64,000 nucleotides of DNA from Minisyncoccota bacterium (GCA_942491275.1 CALNZI010000004.1:3305-67304); one strand, 5' to 3'; shown: positions 10,071-17,775, counted from the first letter of the stretch. The notes: generated by a model from the sequence alone, not told the origin. Program-made: numbers and translations.

Positions 10071-10475
10071 TTAATTTGGCCAAATATATTCTAAATTATC
10101 GGGTTCTGTCCAATTAAATTTTGAATAATAAACAGGGTCTTTTCTAAGTAAATTAGATTTATGGGCAGAATGAAAATTTCTTTTACCCAGCCATTTAGGG
10201 TATTCAATATTACCTCTAATTTTTTCTTTAATCATGTTGTTTTTGTACCCTCGTTTTTCCCATTCAATAACACACAAATTGAAATATTCTTTTAGAGCAT
10301 TAGGATGGTCCTTCCACATTAAAACAGCAGGATGATTTCTCCATCCTTTGGATTCGGTTCTATTTAAAACTATATTAAGAATTTGATATGCCTCAACTCT
10401 TTGTTTGCCAAGTCTTCGGTAATCTAAAACTTCAACAGTTTTTTTAAAACTTTTGTAAGGTAAAAATGTTTGCAT
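10071..10475 (-). CDS. pyrimidine-dimer DNA glycosylase (endonuclease V / Pyr_excise)-like protein
   Basis: N-terminus MQTFLPYKSFKKTVEVLDYRRLGKQRVEAYQIL...GWRNHPAVLMW matches my memory of this family. Not search-verified. Confidence 0.45.
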   Translation of the reverse strand: MQTFLPYKSFKKTVEVLDYRRLGKQRVEAYQILNIVLNRTESKGWRNHPAVLMWKDHPNALKEYFNLCVIEWEKRGYKNNMIKEKIRGNIEYPKWLGKRNFHSAHKSNLLRKDPVYYSKFNWTEPDNLEYIWPN

Positions 10476-10476
10476 T

Positions 10477-10872
10477 TTATTTATTTAAAAAGGTGATAGT
10501 CAGCTGCAATATTGTAGCAAATGAAACCCATAGTAAATAGGGTATTTGAATATAGCTGATCCATTTAGCATAGGGGAAGATGGCTACCATTGCCCAAACA
10601 AGAGTAACAAAAACAAGGATAATGTCAATTGAGGCTAAAAAGTTGTTTTTTAATTTAAATTGTAAGTATGTAAAGATTAAATTAAAGAAAATGTTAAGGA
10701 TGAAGGGTAGTGCTATTGCGAAAGATATTTTCCCTTTGAATAGCATGTGAAAAACCTTACCAAAAGAAATGATTATTAATACATATAAAACAGACCATAC
10801 TGGTCCAAATAACCAAGAAGGCGGCGCCCAGGTGGGTTTAATTAATTGTAAATACCAATTTGAATTATCCAT
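10477..10872 (-). CDS. tspO: TspO/MBR-family tryptophan-rich membrane protein (short form)
   Basis: WYLQLIKPTWAPPSWLFGPVWSVLYVLI and W-rich TM helices. At 131 aa it is shorter than typical. Confidence 0.7.
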   Translation of the reverse strand: MDNSNWYLQLIKPTWAPPSWLFGPVWSVLYVLIIISFGKVFHMLFKGKISFAIALPFILNIFFNLIFTYLQFKLKNNFLASIDIILVFVTLVWAMVAIFPYAKWISYIQIPYLLWVSFATILQLTITFLNK

Positions 10873-10879
10873 AATTAAA

Positions 10880-11080
10880 TTATATCATAATCTCAGGACG
10901 ACAAGCTTAAAGTTCCCGTTTCTTGGTTTATCGTACTTGTCGTCAGGAATAATTTTCTCGCCGTCGCTCTAAAATTTTCACGACCCTGCCTCGCCTATTT
11001 TTTCTGCTAAAAAAATTATGGCTCCGGCTCGGACAAGCTAAAAATCCCCAGCAGTGGGGATTTTTTACGCTTGTCCCCAG
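10880..11080. repeat. copy (a) of a ~200-nt structured intergenic repeat family
   Basis: Ends in the composite hairpin cggacaagc-taaaa-atcccca-GCAG-tggggat-tttttta-cgcttgtcc (11030..11077), near-identical to 15061..15110. Shares a cacgaccc(t/c)g..ctcg core with copies (b) and (c). Confidence 0.55.
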
Positions 11081-11202
11081 AACAGGAGATTATTATAACC
11101 ATATTATCCGACAAGAGTTATATGGAGGGGATGTACAATAAATTGATTTTTATTAAAGCGTTGCAAAAGGAGAATTTATAAATAATGATATAATTAAATA
11201 GT

Positions 11203-11790
11203 ATGAATACAATTACAATTGTTAGCTTATCAATAGGATTAATGGGATTAGTAGCAACTGGAATAGGAACTTATTTAACCTATATTTCGTATGTTAATCC
11301 CATTATTAGATTTAATAGATTTTTAAAAAAACCAAAAAAATGGGAGAAGTTTGAGGGTGTTGATTTTAGTAAAGATGTTTATAGATGTAAAAAGTATCCC
11401 AATTTTCAAATAATAATAGATTGGAATAAGGAGGTTTCAGATAATTTTACAGAGGAATGGATGAGTTTTTACCCCGATAATGAAAATAATGCCTCATATC
11501 ATGTTAAGTTTGAAGTTAATGGAATGTTATTAGATAAAGAATTATTTGTTAGTTTAGATGCACATAGATATTTTGTTCCTGTTCCAAGAATTAAAAGAGA
11601 CGGGGATAAAAAAAGTTATTTTTATGACAAGAAACAAATTAATATTTCTAACATAATAGGTAGATATCATTCTAATGAAAAAAACATAAATGAATTTGTT
11701 AAAAATCAAAAAAAATTAACAATAGAAGATATGCCGTCAAGCTTTCTAAAATTAAAATTAAGACAACTCCGATATTTTTGCTTTAAATAA
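11203..11790 (+). CDS. hypothetical protein with N-terminal TM helix
   Basis: ITIVSLSIGLMGLVATGIGTYLTYI. The tgatataat box at 11186..11194 lies 8 nt upstream of the ATG. Confidence 0.55.
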   Translation: MNTITIVSLSIGLMGLVATGIGTYLTYISYVNPIIRFNRFLKKPKKWEKFEGVDFSKDVYRCKKYPNFQIIIDWNKEVSDNFTEEWMSFYPDNENNASYHVKFEVNGMLLDKELFVSLDAHRYFVPVPRIKRDGDKKSYFYDKKQINISNIIGRYHSNEKNINEFVKNQKKLTIEDMPSSFLKLKLRQLRYFCFK

Positions 11791-11817
11791 TGTATTTATG
11801 TTTGTATAACGGCAACT

Positions 11818-11988
11818 TTACATAGATTGAGGAGATAAATCCTTTTCTAATTTATTTTTATATTTATCAAATTCTTGGTCAATAACATTTTTACAAAGAA
11901 CTTCAATATGACCAATTTTTTCAAGTTCCTTTTTGATATTTAATTGTTTTTTGGCAAAAGTGACACTGCCAGCTATTGTTATTTTCAT
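11818..11988 (-). CDS. small ORF (56 aa), last in the minus-strand operon; possibly a truncated remnant
   Basis: MKITIAGSVTFAKKQLNIKKELEKIGHIEV... lies 10 nt downstream of the peptidase E-like gene. Below the ORF-track cutoff, translated by hand. Confidence 0.3.
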   Translation of the reverse strand: MKITIAGSVTFAKKQLNIKKELEKIGHIEVLCKNVIDQEFDKYKNKLEKDLSPQSM

Positions 11989-11998
11989 AATTTATATA

Positions 11999-12619
11999 TT
12001 AAAACTTAACCTCTTTCCCATCTCCAATAAATTTATAATCACCATCTTTAACAAGAAAACCTTGCCCATCTCTTAAAAATTTAACAGGGTATTCTAAATC
12101 CTTTGTTTTTTCTTTGTATTCTTCTTTTTTATCATCTGTGTAATGAGCTTGTATAACAAAAGGTACCAAATCTAATCCCCTCAACATCTCTTTTGAAGGA
12201 TTTTCAGGAATACCAGAACTTGATTTTATACTAATTCCCATAATTGCAGCACCAGCACTGGTACCAATATATACTTTTCCTTGTTCCAGAAGTTCTATTA
12301 GAAGTTTATCAAAACCATTTTCTTTCATTGCGTTTAATAAGTAAAAAGTACTACCACCATCTATATGAATTATATTTTTATCCTTAAAAAATTCTTCTAA
12401 TTGTTCTTTATTTTTTCCTTCAATATCTATTTCTTCAAAATTATAACCATTTTCTCTTATTTTATCTTTAACATTTTCCATAAACAATTTAGTCTTTTCA
12501 TCTCTTCCTTTTACTGCAGTATTAACATAACCAATTCTCATATCCTCCTTTGAAATACCAGTTAAGTCATAACCATATTTCAAAAGAAAACTTAAATCTG
12601 ACGCGAGTATGAGTTTCAT
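11999..12619 (-). CDS. peptidase E-like (S51 family) dipeptidase
   Basis: HIDGGSTFYLLNAM...VYIGTSAGAAIMG, the typical S51 GGNTF / SAGA pattern. Confidence 0.75.
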   Translation of the reverse strand: MKLILASDLSFLLKYGYDLTGISKEDMRIGYVNTAVKGRDEKTKLFMENVKDKIRENGYNFEEIDIEGKNKEQLEEFFKDKNIIHIDGGSTFYLLNAMKENGFDKLLIELLEQGKVYIGTSAGAAIMGISIKSSSGIPENPSKEMLRGLDLVPFVIQAHYTDDKKEEYKEKTKDLEYPVKFLRDGQGFLVKDGDYKFIGDGKEVKF

Positions 12620-12620
12620 A

Positions 12621-13253
12621 TTATTTTCCCCAATTATCTAATAATTCTTTTGAATCTATTGTCTTTCCATACAAATAAGGGAAGACTCTATTTTTGAGAT
12701 CTTTAGAAATTCTTTGGTTTTCTTCACTATCGGTTGCCTCTATTAAGTCTTTTAACATTACAAAGTTAAAACCTAAAGAAAAACCAACAACTACAGTAGA
12801 AAGAACACACCCTCCCGTGAAAACACCTGTCATTATTAAGTACTGAATACCTTTCTTTTTTAATGTTTCTTCTAATTCAGTTTGAGAAAAAGCATCATAG
12901 GTGTTTTTTGTAATAATAATATCTCCTTCTTTGGGTTTTATTTGATAAAATTCTTCATCAAAACCAGTTTTATCTTCTGAGTAATAAACAACATCAGGGT
13001 CAGTGTATAATTCATTCATATTGTCTCGTAGGTGTTCTTTGTTCCAAGGAGAGAGATTCACAAATACAACTTCTCCTTGAACTGTTTTTCTATAATCTTC
13101 AATAAAATCTTTTAGTTTGGGAACCATTTCTCTTATTTTTGAAAACCTAATATTCCATTCAGGAGTTTCACATTTTTCATGAACACAGCTGTTAACCACA
13201 TCTATAATTATTAGAGCTGTGTTATCTTTGTTCATTTTTGGGTATATTTTCAT
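12621..13253 (-). CDS. isochorismatase-family cysteine hydrolase
   Basis: TALIIIDVVNSC...ITKNTYDAF...MTGVFTGGCVLSTV (catalytic Cys context). Confidence 0.8.
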   Translation of the reverse strand: MKIYPKMNKDNTALIIIDVVNSCVHEKCETPEWNIRFSKIREMVPKLKDFIEDYRKTVQGEVVFVNLSPWNKEHLRDNMNELYTDPDVVYYSEDKTGFDEEFYQIKPKEGDIIITKNTYDAFSQTELEETLKKKGIQYLIMTGVFTGGCVLSTVVVGFSLGFNFVMLKDLIEATDSEENQRISKDLKNRVFPYLYGKTIDSKELLDNWGK

Positions 13254-13254
13254 A

Positions 13255-13845
13255 TTATTTTATGTGTTCATGCACTATTTTTTTTAATTCAGACTCATCG
13301 GTGAATACAAAGGCTTTAATCTTGACTTCCTCACTAGCTTTTACATTTTCTTCTTTATCATCAAAATATAAACATTCTTCTGGGTTTAAGTTGTTTTCAG
13401 ATAAAACTAATTTCCAGGCTTCTAGATTAGGTTTAATAAAACCTGTTTGCCAAGAAAAATAAGCTTTATCTACAACTTTTTGCATCCAAGGATAATGTCC
13501 ATAATGCTCTGCTCTTTCTTTAAAATTGTTTGAAAGCATAAATATTTTAATTCCTTTTTCTTTTAATTCTTTTGAAAAAGATATCATTTCTTCCGAAGGA
13601 TATTCTTCTTTAAACCAATAGTTCCAAAACTTTTCTTCATTTAAATTTAAGTTCCATTTTTTAAATAAAGGCTCCCAATATGTAAAAGCTGGTTTTGAAT
13701 TAGGTTTTCTAACTTCTCCCATTATTTTAAATAACTCAGGTAAAAAAACAGAAGTTGGTATATTAAAATCTTCCTCGAATCTATCTCCTAGTTTTCTGCT
13801 TTTTATAAATATTCCATTTAAATCAAAAATTATTGCTTTTATCAT
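13255..13845 (-). CDS. HAD-superfamily hydrolase
   Basis: IIFDLNGIF (DxN motif I), LSNN and YFDDKEENV (motif IV). Confidence 0.8.
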   Translation of the reverse strand: MIKAIIFDLNGIFIKSRKLGDRFEEDFNIPTSVFLPELFKIMGEVRKPNSKPAFTYWEPLFKKWNLNLNEEKFWNYWFKEEYPSEEMISFSKELKEKGIKIFMLSNNFKERAEHYGHYPWMQKVVDKAYFSWQTGFIKPNLEAWKLVLSENNLNPEECLYFDDKEENVKASEEVKIKAFVFTDESELKKIVHEHIK

Positions 13846-14807
13846 ATTATTCTTATTTTATTAAAATTTTTACCAACTAAACCTTCAATTGAAATATCTT
13901 CAAAAATAAACTCTGATTTTTCTAATTGAGAAGGGGAAAGGACATATTCAATAAATTCATCATCTTTCTTTTTTAACACACCAACTCCTGGCCAAAACTT
14001 CGCTACAGATGTTTTAGTGGTTCCCACCGGAATACAATTATCCATTTTTATACAAAAAACTTTTATCTTTTCTTTTGTATTGTTGTATGCACGTCTTTTT
14101 GGAAGTGTATAATATGCTTGATGTAGTAATTCAACTTTTTCTCTCCAAAGAGGGTCTTTGTCTTGACCAGGTTTTAACCGAACATTTAATTCAACCATTC
14201 CTCTGGTGTGATCATTTAAAACTGGTAATCCACCAAGTTGATTTTCCATTTCCGAAATCTTTTCTTTTAAGGTTTCTTCAAATTCCTCAGTAGTATAATG
14301 TGAACTAACTGGAGTTAGGCTAAATTTAATGTTTTTTGGTAAATAATTTTTAAGAAAATCAAAAATCATATTTAGACTTTTTGCATAATCTTCCGTATCT
14401 TTTTTAGGGATATTATTTATTCTCTCAACTATTACATCATCAGAACTAAAATCAAATAATATCCCAGGTTTGTAAACTTCTAAAATTGGTTTAAGCCATT
14501 TCACGTAATACATTAAAGTAAATAACTCCGCCCAATCTGCCTCAGGAGTTTCTTCTAGTCGCCAAAGCTTATATGCCCCAAAAGGGAAAATTAATTTAAT
14601 TGGTAAGTTGTTTTTTATACTATTCTCAATTACCCCATGAATTTGTGGTATATATTCTAAATTTACGCTAAATTTTCTAAACTTTTTAGACATAAGTTTT
14701 TTAAAAATATAATCTGTTAGGTCTTTATCAGAATTAAAAGAGACCTCTGTTTTCTCAGTAGATCTTAATTTTTCTAATTTTTTCTCAATAAATTCTTGTG
14801 CTTTCAT
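13842..14807 (-). CDS. hypothetical protein (weak motif-level resemblance to DIT1/PvcA-type enzymes)
   Basis: FPFGAYK...PEADWAEL...YKPGILFDFSSDD loosely recalls the FP.KS...PD.AE...Y.PG...SDG pattern. Very tentative. The start codon lies 2 nt after the tRNA-Cys 3' end. Confidence 0.5.
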   Translation of the reverse strand: MKAQEFIEKKLEKLRSTEKTEVSFNSDKDLTDYIFKKLMSKKFRKFSVNLEYIPQIHGVIENSIKNNLPIKLIFPFGAYKLWRLEETPEADWAELFTLMYYVKWLKPILEVYKPGILFDFSSDDVIVERINNIPKKDTEDYAKSLNMIFDFLKNYLPKNIKFSLTPVSSHYTTEEFEETLKEKISEMENQLGGLPVLNDHTRGMVELNVRLKPGQDKDPLWREKVELLHQAYYTLPKRRAYNNTKEKIKVFCIKMDNCIPVGTTKTSVAKFWPGVGVLKKKDDEFIEYVLSPSQLEKSEFIFEDISIEGLVGKNFNKIRII

Positions 14808-14809
14808 AG

Positions 14810-14880
14810 AGATGTGGGTAGGAATTGAACCTACGATGTTTACTTTGCAAGTAAATGCCTTACCACTTGGCTACCACATC
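14810..14880 (-). tRNA. tRNA-Cys (GCA)
   Basis: Minus-sense sequence GATGTGGTAGCCAAGTGGTAAGGCATTTACTTGCAAAGTAAACATCGTAGGTTCAATTCCTACCCACATCT. Cloverleaf with anticodon loop CTTGCAAAG. No CCA encoded. Confidence 0.9.
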
Positions 14881-14929
14881 AAATTTATTATATCAGAAAT
14901 ATGCAATCGAACGTACTGTCTGTTTGGTA

Positions 14930-15110
14930 GGACCGCGAGTATATTTTTTAAGTTTGTCGTCACGAGTTACTAAATATTTTGCTCAATAAATTCGCAAAAT
15001 ATGTAAGTACTCGCGACCCCGGCTCGTGGTTTTGTCTGCTGACAAAACATCACTGCGCCTCGGACAAGCTAAAAGCCCCTAGCAGTAGGGACTTTTTTAA
15101 CGCTTGTCCG
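14930..15110. repeat. copy (b) of the structured intergenic repeat family, between tRNA-Cys and tRNA-Lys
   Basis: tcacgagttactaaat (14960..14975) is identical to 32274..32289. taagtactcgcgaccccggctcg (15004..15026) matches 32319..32341 at 21/23. The terminal composite hairpin 15061..15110 matches 11030..11077 and overlaps the last 4 nt of tRNA-Lys. Confidence 0.6.
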
Positions 15111-15179
15111 CCCGGTAGGAGTCGAACCTACGACCATCTCCTTAAAAGGGAGCTGCTCTACCAACTGAGCTACGGGCGG
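15107..15179 (-). tRNA. tRNA-Lys (UUU)
   Basis: Minus-sense CCGCCCGTAGCTCAGTTGGTAGAGCAGCTCCCTTTTAAGGAGATGGTCGTAGGTTCGACTCCTACCGGGCGGA. Anticodon loop CTTTTAA. C1:G72 acceptor pair. Confidence 0.9.
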
Positions 15180-15269
15180 ATATTTATCATCCAATTAACC
15201 AAAAATACCATATTTGTGTAATAAAATCAATAAAAAGTACTTTAATTTTAGATATGATATAATTTAAAT

Positions 15270-17003
15270 ATGAAGGTAACTAAAACTCCAAAATTTGATG
15301 CATTTTTAGATAAAATATTAGCTGACCTTGTTCCACATACTAGGGTTTGTTTTGATTGTAAAAAAGAATTTAATATAGAAGAAGAAGACATTGAGTTTTT
15401 TAAGATTTTTAGGGTTCCAGCTCCGAAACTTTGTCCAGATTGTCGTCAGAGGAATAGGCTCGCTTTTGCTAACTATTCAAATATATATAAAAGAAAATGC
15501 GATGTTCCCGGCCACGAGGATGTCATGATTTCATACGTGGCTCCAATAATGCCTTGGGTTACCTATGACTATGAAACATATTATTCTGATAAATGGGATC
15601 CACTTTCCTATGGACGAGAAATAGACGATGAAAAAAGTTTTCTGGAGCAATATTTAGAATTATTAAAAGTTGTCCCCATTGCAGGGGTTCGTCGTGGAGC
15701 AAATTCTATAAATTGTGATTTCAGTTTTTACGGCAAAGACATGAAGGATTGTTATTATCTTTTTGGAGGAAGACGATCGGAAGATATTATGTTTAGTTCT
15801 TCTATTTATAATTCAAAGAATGTAATGGATTCCTATTTTCTTCTTGACGTGGAGGGAGCTTTTCAAAATATTATAACCAGTGATTGTTATAAAAATAAAT
15901 ATGCTTATTTCTCCTCGAATTGTGTAGAATCTGATTTTATTTTTGATTGCAGAAATTGTCAAAATTGTTTTGGCTGTGTAAACCTTAGAAATAAAAATTA
16001 TTGTTATTTTAATCAACAACTTACAAAAGAAGAATATTTAAAAAAACGAGCGGAGATTGATTTAGGGGATAGAAAAACAAATGAAGAATATCAAAATAAA
16101 TTTTGGAATTTTGTGAAAGAAAACCCCATCAGAGCCACTAGAATTTTAAAATCAGAAAATTGTGTAGGTAATGACATAAAAGAATCAAGGAATTTGTATA
16201 ATGTTTGTCAGGCTGATAATTGTGACAACATAAGACACGCGGCTTTTGCTGTTATGAGCTTGAAAGACTCTATGGATATAAATCATTCCGGTGGAGGGGG
16301 AGGAAGACTCTATCATTGCCAGAATGCTGGGACTAAATCGTCCGATGTTAAATTTTCTTTTTCTGTCAAGGAATGTTCAGAGTGTGAATATATGATTTTT
16401 TCTAATAATTGCCAGAATTGTTTTGGTTGTTCTGGCATTAAAAATGCTTCCTATTCAATTTTTAATAAAAAGTACGAACCCGAAGAGTACTGGAAAAAAC
16501 TTGATGAAATAAAAACTAAAATGTTAGAAGATGGAACATACGGGGAGTTTTTCCCAATGTCTTTTTCTCCAATTGCCTATAATAGTTCCTTTGCCCATGT
16601 GATATATCCAATGGCAGAAAAAGAAGCCAAAGAAAGAGGTCTTTTCTGGCAACCTGAAAGTGACGTGGATATAAAAAATTTAAAAAGCATTGAAGCAAGT
16701 GAACTACCGGCTAATATTAATGATGTTGATTATGATATTTGCGATGTTGCTATTATCGGAGAAAAATCAAAAAAACCCTTTAGGTTGATAAAAAGAGAGA
16801 TTGATTTCTATAAACAAAATAAAATTTCTCTTCCTACGGATACCCCTTATCAGAGGATGTTAGATCGTTTCAAGATTTTAAATAACTTTAAAATTTTTGA
16901 TGAAATTTGTGATTCTTGTGGATTGTCTATAAAATCAGCTTATTTAAAAAAGGATGGATATAAACCATATTGTGAAAAATGTTATCAAAGAGAGGTTTTG
17001 TAA
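15270..17003 (+). CDS. cysteine-rich paralog family, copy 1 (subfamily I, 577 aa)
   Basis: Full-length homology to 33413..35164: KTP(K/Q)FD...LVPH.R.C, CRNC.(N/D)CFGCVNLRN, YGEFFP, ASELP..IN(D/E)V, ...YCEKCYQ(R/Q)EV(L/V)-stop. tgatataat at 15255..15263 lies 6 nt before the ATG. Confidence 0.85.
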   Translation: MKVTKTPKFDAFLDKILADLVPHTRVCFDCKKEFNIEEEDIEFFKIFRVPAPKLCPDCRQRNRLAFANYSNIYKRKCDVPGHEDVMISYVAPIMPWVTYDYETYYSDKWDPLSYGREIDDEKSFLEQYLELLKVVPIAGVRRGANSINCDFSFYGKDMKDCYYLFGGRRSEDIMFSSSIYNSKNVMDSYFLLDVEGAFQNIITSDCYKNKYAYFSSNCVESDFIFDCRNCQNCFGCVNLRNKNYCYFNQQLTKEEYLKKRAEIDLGDRKTNEEYQNKFWNFVKENPIRATRILKSENCVGNDIKESRNLYNVCQADNCDNIRHAAFAVMSLKDSMDINHSGGGGGRLYHCQNAGTKSSDVKFSFSVKECSECEYMIFSNNCQNCFGCSGIKNASYSIFNKKYEPEEYWKKLDEIKTKMLEDGTYGEFFPMSFSPIAYNSSFAHVIYPMAEKEAKERGLFWQPESDVDIKNLKSIEASELPANINDVDYDICDVAIIGEKSKKPFRLIKREIDFYKQNKISLPTDTPYQRMLDRFKILNNFKIFDEICDSCGLSIKSAYLKKDGYKPYCEKCYQREVL

Positions 17004-17041
17004 AGAGGTCAAATTATTATAAATATAAGTAGAAAAATGAT

Positions 17042-17428
17042 ATGAAAATAATTTTAGTGGATGCAGTTCATTGTTTTGTTTCAAAAGAAGGAGAGATTTT
17101 TGATGATATGTATAGACTACTGGAAACATATGTAAATAAAAAGATTATTCTTACTGGAGCAAATGATGAGCAATTTAAAAAGTTTGGTTTAGATAAAATG
17201 CCCTACGAAGTTTTTACACTAAAGCATGATCCAGAAAAAACTGATCCAGAATATTATAAAATTTTCTTAAATACATATAATTTAAGTAAAGATGATGTTA
17301 TTTATTTTGAACATGACATGGAAGCCATGAAGAGTGCGCAATCTGTGGGGATTAATAGTTATTATTATGATAATGATAAAAAAGATTTAGAAGGCTTAAA
17401 AAACTTTTTAGATGAGAATTTGAAATAA
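17042..17428 (+). CDS. small HAD-like hydrolase-fold protein
   Basis: MKIILVDAVHCFV (DxV-type motif I) and IYFEHDMEAMKSAQSVGI. Weak. Confidence 0.4.
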   Translation: MKIILVDAVHCFVSKEGEIFDDMYRLLETYVNKKIILTGANDEQFKKFGLDKMPYEVFTLKHDPEKTDPEYYKIFLNTYNLSKDDVIYFEHDMEAMKSAQSVGINSYYYDNDKKDLEGLKNFLDENLK

Positions 17429-17465
17429 AAGAAATTATGTTATAATAGTTCCACAACTAAATATT

Positions 17466-17656
17466 AATTATCAAGAGTATGGAGATCCTCCTTCGTATAA
17501 ACTACGGACGGAGAGCGAGCACTGGCTCGATGACCCATCAGCAACCCTCATTTATACGAGTAGGTGCTAAATCCAGCCCGATAAAGTGAAAACTTTATTC
17601 AGGAAAGATAAATGGAAGTAGTTTATCTTTCCCCATTATGGGGATTTTTTATTTTC
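17466..17656 (+). promoter_or_regulatory. SAM-I (S-box) riboswitch with intrinsic terminator
   Basis: aTTATCAAGAG...GGAGAGcgagcACTGGCTCGATGAcCCatCAGCAACC...AGGTGCTAAATCCAGC...GAAAGATAAat matches the S-box core, with an extra hairpin inserted in P2. Terminator ccccattatgggg+T-run at 17631..17656. tgttataat -10 box at 17438..17446. Confidence 0.85.
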
Positions 17657-17667
17657 AAATTTACAAA

Positions 17668-17775
17668 ATGCTTAAAAAAACACCACAACAGAAAGAAGAT
17701 ACAGTCATGGTTTTTGTCATGATGTGGCCCATTTGGGCGGCAGGCCTAGGTCTTTTGTTTTATATAGTTTTTTAA
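17668..17775 (+). CDS. 35-aa Met-rich hydrophobic micro-ORF directly downstream of the SAM riboswitch
   Basis: MLKKTPQQKEDTVMVFVMMWPIWAAGLGLLFYIVF, translated by hand. Starts 12 nt after the riboswitch terminator T-run. One predicted TM helix. Confidence 0.35.
   Translation: MLKKTPQQKEDTVMVFVMMWPIWAAGLGLLFYIVF

Noticed and set aside
10769-10972. Further shadow ORFs: 10769..10972, 13238..13462, 14075..14293, 15813..16019, 16516..16698, 16944..17129, 20082..20282, 21657..21881, 25354..25638, 27831..28052, 30030..30236, 31187..31468, 34756..35013, 36273..36470, 37514..37744, 38671..38919, 43703..43957, 45212..45400, 45933..46160, 46777..46974, 47888..48082, 50517..50804, 50855..51064, 53101..53334, 53846..54034, 55374..55661, 55902..56102, 57441..57671, 57595..57786, 59303..59536, 60154..60345, 62484..62774 and 8434..8649.
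   Set aside because: All overlap, antisense or out of frame, genes with clear family motifs or intergenic regulatory or repeat elements. Their translations are low-complexity and lack start-site context.
14979-15221. 80-aa plus-strand ORF.
   Set aside because: It runs antisense through tRNA-Lys and through repeat copy (b). Its translation is an artefact of the tRNA complement (..ELLYQLSYGR..).
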